Shown in pieces: positions 58,597 through 64,000 of a stretch of DNA of 64,000 bases. The notes under the pieces are model-generated. The model searched no databases. It was not told the DNA's origin and worked only from the letters and a program-made list of their open reading frames with translations. Both the position numbers and the translations under genes were made by a program. Every line of letters begins with the position of its first letter. The stretch's first letter is position 1. Where the stretch lies: positions 159,016 through 223,015 of the IMG/VR virus record IMGVR_UViG_3300021511_000003. The stretch is one strand, 5' to 3'.

Positions 58597-59451
58597 ATGG
58601 TTTATAAGCATTCCGAATCAACAAAACAAAAAATAAGTGATTCTTTGAAAGGTAAAAAACTTTCGATAGAAACGAGAAATAAAAAGAGTAAAGCTTTAAA
58701 GGGAAAAACATATGAAGATCTTTGCGGAAGGGAGAAAGCTATTGAACGGAAAAATAAATTAAGCGAATCCTTAAAAGGAGAAAATAATCCGATGTATGGC
58801 AGACATCTTTCTGATGATGCTAAAATAAAAATCAGTAAATATAATACAGGCAAAAAACTTTCCGAAGAAACAAAACAAAAAATAAGTAAAAAACTTTATG
58901 GTATTCAATCACATAATAAATATACAATCCAAAAAATAAAAAATAAATATCCATTTTTTTCAAAAATAGAAGAAATGAGATATAAACCAGACGAAAAAGA
59001 AATACAAGTTCATTGTAAAAATCATAATTGTACAAATTCTAAGGAACAAGGTGGTTGGTTTACACCGAGTAGATATCAACTATCAGAAAGAATACGTCAA
59101 CTTGAAAATGATGATGGTAATGGCGGTAGTTATTTTTATTGTTCTGATGAATGTAAAAACAATTGTCCCTTATATGGATTACAATCGGATCCATTTAAAG
59201 CAAATAATAAATTATATACAGATTCAGAATATCAAACTTTCAGAGAATTTGTTTTAAAAAGAGATAATTATAAATGTCAATATTGTGGTAAAAAAGCAGA
59301 ACATATACATCATGAAAAACCACAAAAAATAGAACCATTTTTTGCGCTTGATCCAGATTTAGCATGGTCTGTATGTAAAAAGTGTCATTATAAGTACGGT
59401 CATAGAGATGAATGTTCAACTGGTAAATTAGCAAATATAATTTGTGGATAA
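58597..59451 (+). CDS. NUMOD3-repeat HNH endonuclease, paralog of 37308..38237
   Basis: HSESTKQKIS repeats; RDNYKCQYCG..HIHHEKPQKIEPFFALDPD..CKKCH. Confidence 0.82.
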   Translation: MVYKHSESTKQKISDSLKGKKLSIETRNKKSKALKGKTYEDLCGREKAIERKNKLSESLKGENNPMYGRHLSDDAKIKISKYNTGKKLSEETKQKISKKLYGIQSHNKYTIQKIKNKYPFFSKIEEMRYKPDEKEIQVHCKNHNCTNSKEQGGWFTPSRYQLSERIRQLENDDGNGGSYFYCSDECKNNCPLYGLQSDPFKANNKLYTDSEYQTFREFVLKRDNYKCQYCGKKAEHIHHEKPQKIEPFFALDPDLAWSVCKKCHYKYGHRDECSTGKLANIICG

Positions 59452-59465
59452 AAGGAGATATAATT

Positions 59466-61229
59466 ATGGCAAGCCCTTCGCCAAATCAAGCAAGAGCGGT
59501 AGACCCGTTCGCATCGTATAATAGCGATACTGTTAATAAATTTACACGAATGCTTACTTATGGGGAAAATGGTATTGCGACACCTGCATCATGTGATGTA
59601 ACACTTGATTCAACATCAATCACACAAGTTATTGTTAAAGAGGGTTTCGTTTATATGGACGATGTGTGGTTAAATATTTCCAGTCCGCATATAGTTGATT
59701 TTGAAGATCCTGATCATTATTATGATTTCGGTTTAGGTTTTGATCGAGCAGGAGAGTATTATATTGTACTCGAGTATACATTTCAAAAATCGAGACCTGC
59801 TCCACACGCTGAAATAAAAATTGTAAAACCAAATCAACGAAGTGCATATATACCTGGAAGGTCATGGTTATTTCTTAAATCTGTTACAGTTGAAGGTGTT
59901 GGTCCATTTTATATAACAGGAGTTAGTGACGCTGATCCAGAAAACCTTCAAAATAAACGACAATATATTAGAAGTTATGCTGGTGGCGAAGTTTTCATTC
60001 CAACTCATAGTAGAGAAAGAGATCAAGGAAGAATCACTTACGGTGTAGATGATGATAACTTCTTTTTTGGTTTATCAGATAAATGGGTTGCATTAGGTTC
60101 AGGTGATACATTTGAAATAAATACAACTGGTTTTAATCTTGGTGAACTTGTTTATGTAAATCAGTTTGGGAATTTAATAAAAGCTGTTTCTACCTTACCA
60201 ATGTCAACAGCAGACGGTGTTGTTAAAAAAATCGGAACTACAGATGGTCTTGTACAAATGAATGGAAAAATTAATGACGTTAAGGGAGAAGTAGGAGAAT
60301 CTATTAATATTGGAGACCTTGTTTATTTATCCAAAGTTGATCCTGGTACAGTAACAACACAAAAACCAGCCCCGATTTCACAATTTACAGGTAGATGTGT
60401 TGGTGTTGAAGATAGTACTTCATATACAATCTTATTCCATAGAGGTGAACCAACAGGACTTAGTGGTACAAATCTTGCATATACCATACCACAAATATCA
60501 TTACCATCTGGTGGTGCATGGATTTCAAGTGGTTCATCTTATTATCAAGAAATAGATATCTCAGATTTTGATGAAAAGGGTGTAGTCTTTACAATTTGGG
60601 ATTCTACAAGTGGAATGGTAATATACCCCGAAAATATCGAATTTGTTTCAAACAATATTGTAAGAATCTGGATGCCTTTTAATACAATTGCATTAGAAGT
60701 GTTAATTATAGGTCCTCCTTCCTCAACAATTACATCAAGCAATCTTATAAGCATTACTAATACCTTATCATCTGGTGGTGCATGGTTATCAAGTGGATCT
60801 TTATATTATCAGGATATCGATGTCTCAAATATAGAAGATCTGGGATGTTCTGTAACTGTAACGGATACAACATCTAATGAACAAATCACTCCAAGTGGTA
60901 TTCAATTTGACTCAACTGGTATCCTTAGAATCTGGATGCCAGTAAATACATTAGAATTGGAAGTAACTGCTATCGGTAAAACTTCAACCACACAAAGTAC
61001 ATCTAGTTTAGTAACTATTTTACCAAGTGGTGGTTCATGGGTATTAGATAGTGGTTTATACTATCAAGATATAAATACATCAATATTTAATAATAATGAA
61101 ATAACTTTTCAGTTTTATGATATTGACACAGATGAAATAGTTATACCATCTGTTGTATTTTCAGTTGGTAATATGAGAATTTGGATGCCAGATAATACAC
61201 ACCAACTAAATGCCACATTAATTGGATAA
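59466..61229 (+). CDS. virion structural (tail/baseplate-like) protein with three ~85-aa repeats
   Basis: True start MASPSP; repeats LPSGG.W..SG..YYQ.I...RIWMP.NT. Confidence 0.6.
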   Translation: MASPSPNQARAVDPFASYNSDTVNKFTRMLTYGENGIATPASCDVTLDSTSITQVIVKEGFVYMDDVWLNISSPHIVDFEDPDHYYDFGLGFDRAGEYYIVLEYTFQKSRPAPHAEIKIVKPNQRSAYIPGRSWLFLKSVTVEGVGPFYITGVSDADPENLQNKRQYIRSYAGGEVFIPTHSRERDQGRITYGVDDDNFFFGLSDKWVALGSGDTFEINTTGFNLGELVYVNQFGNLIKAVSTLPMSTADGVVKKIGTTDGLVQMNGKINDVKGEVGESINIGDLVYLSKVDPGTVTTQKPAPISQFTGRCVGVEDSTSYTILFHRGEPTGLSGTNLAYTIPQISLPSGGAWISSGSSYYQEIDISDFDEKGVVFTIWDSTSGMVIYPENIEFVSNNIVRIWMPFNTIALEVLIIGPPSSTITSSNLISITNTLSSGGAWLSSGSLYYQDIDVSNIEDLGCSVTVTDTTSNEQITPSGIQFDSTGILRIWMPVNTLELEVTAIGKTSTTQSTSSLVTILPSGGSWVLDSGLYYQDINTSIFNNNEITFQFYDIDTDEIVIPSVVFSVGNMRIWMPDNTHQLNATLIG

Positions 61230-61244
61230 AGGAGCTTCAATAAT

Positions 61245-61541
61245 ATGTCAAGTACTGACACCCTAATGCAAAGGTTCTTAAGAGAACTAAACTCTGAAGA
61301 AGTACAGGAAGCGTTTCAATCGCTCGATGTCCTTCTGGATCATCTTGAAAAGAAAAATGATCCGGAGCCATTCGAAATGCATATTGTCGATACTGCATAC
61401 CAGACAATAGAAAAATTAAAAACTCTTGAAGGAATAATAAAAAATCGTATTATAGAGTCTAGTATGCTAGATGGCAATAAATTGCAAGGATTATATGATA
61501 AAACTCTTACCAATATTGGTACCGGAGTTTTATTTGATTAA
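61245..61541 (+). CDS. hypothetical protein
   Basis: RBS AAGGAG. Confidence 0.55.
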   Translation: MSSTDTLMQRFLRELNSEEVQEAFQSLDVLLDHLEKKNDPEPFEMHIVDTAYQTIEKLKTLEGIIKNRIIESSMLDGNKLQGLYDKTLTNIGTGVLFD

Positions 61542-61574
61542 AAAAGAGATGACAATCAAAGGACAAAAAATGTA

Positions 61575-62153
61575 ATGGCTGATAAAAAAATATCACAACT
61601 TAATCCATTACTTACAAGTGCTGCAGGTGACCTCGTTGCCATTGTAGATATAAGTGGCTCAAACGAAACCAAAAGGATTACTGTAAGTAATTTAATGGGC
61701 GCTCCGGGACCAATAGGTAACAATATACCAAATACCGGAACATTTACATCTTTAGAATTAACAACTGGCCCACAAGTTGATGAAATTTCAACCGACACAA
61801 GTTTAGGACTTAGTAATACTATATTACCAACACAAAAAGCTATTAAGGGATATGTTGATAATAGCATTGCTGGGGTAGTTTCATCAAGTGTGAATCCAAT
61901 TCATGTGTCAACAGATTCGACAGCCAATGCCGGAGATGTAGTACTTGTTGATACAGTTGGTGGTAATGTATCTATAACAATGATAGAAACCCCGAAAGGA
62001 AAAATCATAGTAAAGAAAACAAGTGCAGATTCAAATGAAGTAATTGTAATTCCCAACACAGGAACAATTGATGGAAATTCCTACGCAAGTTTAACAACAG
62101 AAAACGAATCTTTATCTATTATTACAGATACAATTAATTTTTATATAGTTTAA
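61575..62153 (+). CDS. tail fiber-associated structural protein
   Basis: MADKKISQL...; beta-rich, VLVDTVGGNVSIT. Confidence 0.55.
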   Translation: MADKKISQLNPLLTSAAGDLVAIVDISGSNETKRITVSNLMGAPGPIGNNIPNTGTFTSLELTTGPQVDEISTDTSLGLSNTILPTQKAIKGYVDNSIAGVVSSSVNPIHVSTDSTANAGDVVLVDTVGGNVSITMIETPKGKIIVKKTSADSNEVIVIPNTGTIDGNSYASLTTENESLSIITDTINFYIV

Positions 62154-62207
62154 AAAAGTATATACTCCTATTTACTAAAAAATAAATAGGTTAGGAGGAA
62201 ATAAGTA

Positions 62208-64000
62208 ATGAGTTATAATCCTAAATGGAGTTTATTTAATCAAATTTTCAAAGACGATTCGAATATTGAAATAATAGATGAAGGAACTGCTGCTAGTGTT
62301 GTTACGCAACTTGATAATAAAGATGTTGCAACATTTAAAGCTGCCGGTCTTAAATTGGCAGATACTGGTACAAGTTCCCGAGTAAGCGAATTTAGTACAG
62401 ATACAAAAATGGGTGGAGATGGAATTTTTGGTCAAGTAGATGTCGAAGGGGCGGATACGATAGTATCTACACAGAAAGCAGTTAGATCATATGTTGAAGA
62501 AATACATGCTGGTATGCAAGAACCAACAGGAGTTCTTGATAGAAGTGAAACTACATATGGTCTTGATACAAGTGGAACAACAACTGTTAAATATTATATT
62601 CAACCTACGGGTTCTACAGCAGATTTTTATGCTGCCGGAAAGAAATATGTATTAGATTCGAAAAAGGAAATAGAACTTTCTGATGTTGAGGGGTTACATT
62701 ATATATATTTTGATGTATCCAATAATATGACTCTTGCCGAAACAACAACGTTTAGTGATAGTATTATTACAAGTCAAGTTTTTGTTTCTGTAATATATTG
62801 GGATGCAACTAATAAAGTAGCTTCATATCATGGTGATGAACGACATGGTACTGTGATGGATGGTCAGACTCATCTTAATATCCATAGTTATCGTGGGACT
62901 CTTTATGTTTCTGGTCATGCTCTTAGTGATATTGTTGCAGATAGTACATCAGCAGTTAATGCAAATGCACAGTTATCTATTGATTCTGGGTATATATATG
63001 ATGAAGATATTCCTTTTAATCATGCAGCAGCTTCAGCACCTGCCAATGTACCTATTTGGTATAAAAGCGGCGGTGCTGGTAACTGGAGAAAAATAACAGC
63101 AACAAATTTTCCAATTACTACAACAGGAACTGGTAGAGCAGCATGGAATGAATATACTGGTGGTACATGGCAATTATCAGAAGCTGGTGATGGAAATTTT
63201 GTTCTTGTTCATATTTTTGTTACAAATGATTCAAGTATGCCTTATATCTCTGTTGTTGGCCAGGATGAATATACTACAATTCAAGAAGCAAGAATTGGAG
63301 CAACGGAAGAATTAACTACACTTGTTAAATCTGGTTTACCATTTTTAGAATTTGTTGCACTTGGTACTGTTATTTATGAAACTGACAATACATTTGCAAA
63401 TACAGTAAAATCTATTATTAGAACAACAGATGAAAATGATACATATGTAGATTGGAGAACGTCAAATATTAGTCCAGCTGCCAGTTCAACTACTGATCAT
63501 GGTGCTCTATCAGGTTTGGGGAATGATGATCATACCCAATATCTAAGAGTTGACGGTTCTAGAGCTGCAACTGGTGCATATACATTTGAAGCAGGCGTTC
63601 AAATTACAGGTGGAAACTTTGGGTTGCCATTTGGAGTGGATGTAAATGAAATTTCAAATGATTCTACATCTTCAGATACAGATCAGTTATTAACTGCAAG
63701 TGCAATTCAAAATGCAATTGTTGATGCAACTCTTGTTGGTACATCTGGAACATCAGGTAGTTCAGGTAGTTCAGGTTCAAGCGGTACTTCTGGTAGTTCA
63801 GGAACCAGTGGTAGTTCAGGTTCAAGTGGTACATCAGGTTCTTCAGGTTCAAGTGGTACATCTGGTAGTTCAGGAAGTAGTGGTACGTCAGGAACATCTG
63901 GATCGTCAGGAACTAGTGGAACTAGTGGTACATCTGGTAGTTCAGGAACTAGTGGTACTTCTGGTACAAGTGGTTCGTCAGGAACATCAGGAACTAGTGG
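62208..64000 (+). CDS. large tail fiber/structural protein, runs off window edge
   Basis: Not in ORF track (no stop in window). ATG after AGGAGG; MSYNPKWSLFNQIF...; G-S/T-S repeat in frame from 63738. Confidence 0.75.
   Translation, partial: MSYNPKWSLFNQIFKDDSNIEIIDEGTAASVVTQLDNKDVATFKAAGLKLADTGTSSRVSEFSTDTKMGGDGIFGQVDVEGADTIVSTQKAVRSYVEEIHAGMQEPTGVLDRSETTYGLDTSGTTTVKYYIQPTGSTADFYAAGKKYVLDSKKEIELSDVEGLHYIYFDVSNNMTLAETTTFSDSIITSQVFVSVIYWDATNKVASYHGDERHGTVMDGQTHLNIHSYRGTLYVSGHALSDIVADSTSAVNANAQLSIDSGYIYDEDIPFNHAAASAPANVPIWYKSGGAGNWRKITATNFPITTTGTGRAAWNEYTGGTWQLSEAGDGNFVLVHIFVTNDSSMPYISVVGQDEYTTIQEARIGATEELTTLVKSGLPFLEFVALGTVIYETDNTFANTVKSIIRTTDENDTYVDWRTSNISPAASSTTDHGALSGLGNDDHTQYLRVDGSRAATGAYTFEAGVQITGGNFGLPFGVDVNEISNDSTSSDTDQLLTASAIQNAIVDATLVGTSGTSGSSGSSGSSGTSGSSGTSGSSGSSGTSGSSGSSGTSGSSGSSGTSGTSGSSGTSGTSGTSGSSGTSGTSGTSGSSGTSGTS
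63738..64000 (+). repeat. Gly-(Ser/Thr)-Ser tripeptide repeat tract
   Basis: GTSGTSGSSGSSGSSGTS... 9-bp degenerate units. Confidence 0.9.

Noticed and set aside
1-64000. Genome-wide TAG->Gln recoding suggested by the CUA tRNA
   Set aside because: Long replication and structural genes are uninterrupted in code 11, and TAG terminates several clear genes.

Overview
This is a fragment of a large, AT-rich, tailed dsDNA bacteriophage with a T4-like head module, probably a jumbo phage. (1) 1-18.2 kb, minus strand: an RNA-repair operon (ATP-dependent RNA ligase, RlaP-like NTase, CCA/HD enzyme) and a dispersed array of 22 tRNA or tRNA-like genes plus one degenerate tRNA. The same stretch carries a tmRNA, YqeY, a PTH2-like hydrolase, an OmpA lipoprotein and PncB. 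(2) 18.5-31.4 kb, plus strand: PIG-L deacetylase, glycosyltransferase, a UDG-fused family B DNA polymerase, QueE, ribosomal bS21, GroES, ThyA, an Ntn peptidase, a TGT/DpdA-like protein and a helicase. (3) 31.4-42.5 kb: head genes (scaffold-like protein, portal, prohead protease, major capsid) interspersed with HNH/PD-(D/E)XK endonucleases. (4) 42.6-57.6 kb, minus strand: RtcB, a split vWA/PP2C/kinase (TerY-P-like) set, PncA-like, RNase H, SPFH, phosphoesterase and NADAR genes. (5) 57.6-64 kb: endonucleases and tail/structural genes, ending in a Gly-Ser/Thr-Ser repeat protein. The most striking signals concern translation. There is an amber-suppressor tRNA in a genome that still uses TAG as stop. 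A leader ORF with two in-frame ambers would, on readthrough, place an RGPP arrest-like motif over the anti-SD arm of a hairpin that occludes a PTH2-like operon. There are also a D-armless Tyr-anticodon RNA with a possible pseudoknot, four tRNAs with C33 instead of U33, and Gly/fMet tRNAs with long variable arms. All calls come from reading the sequence and recognising motifs; no database searches were run.
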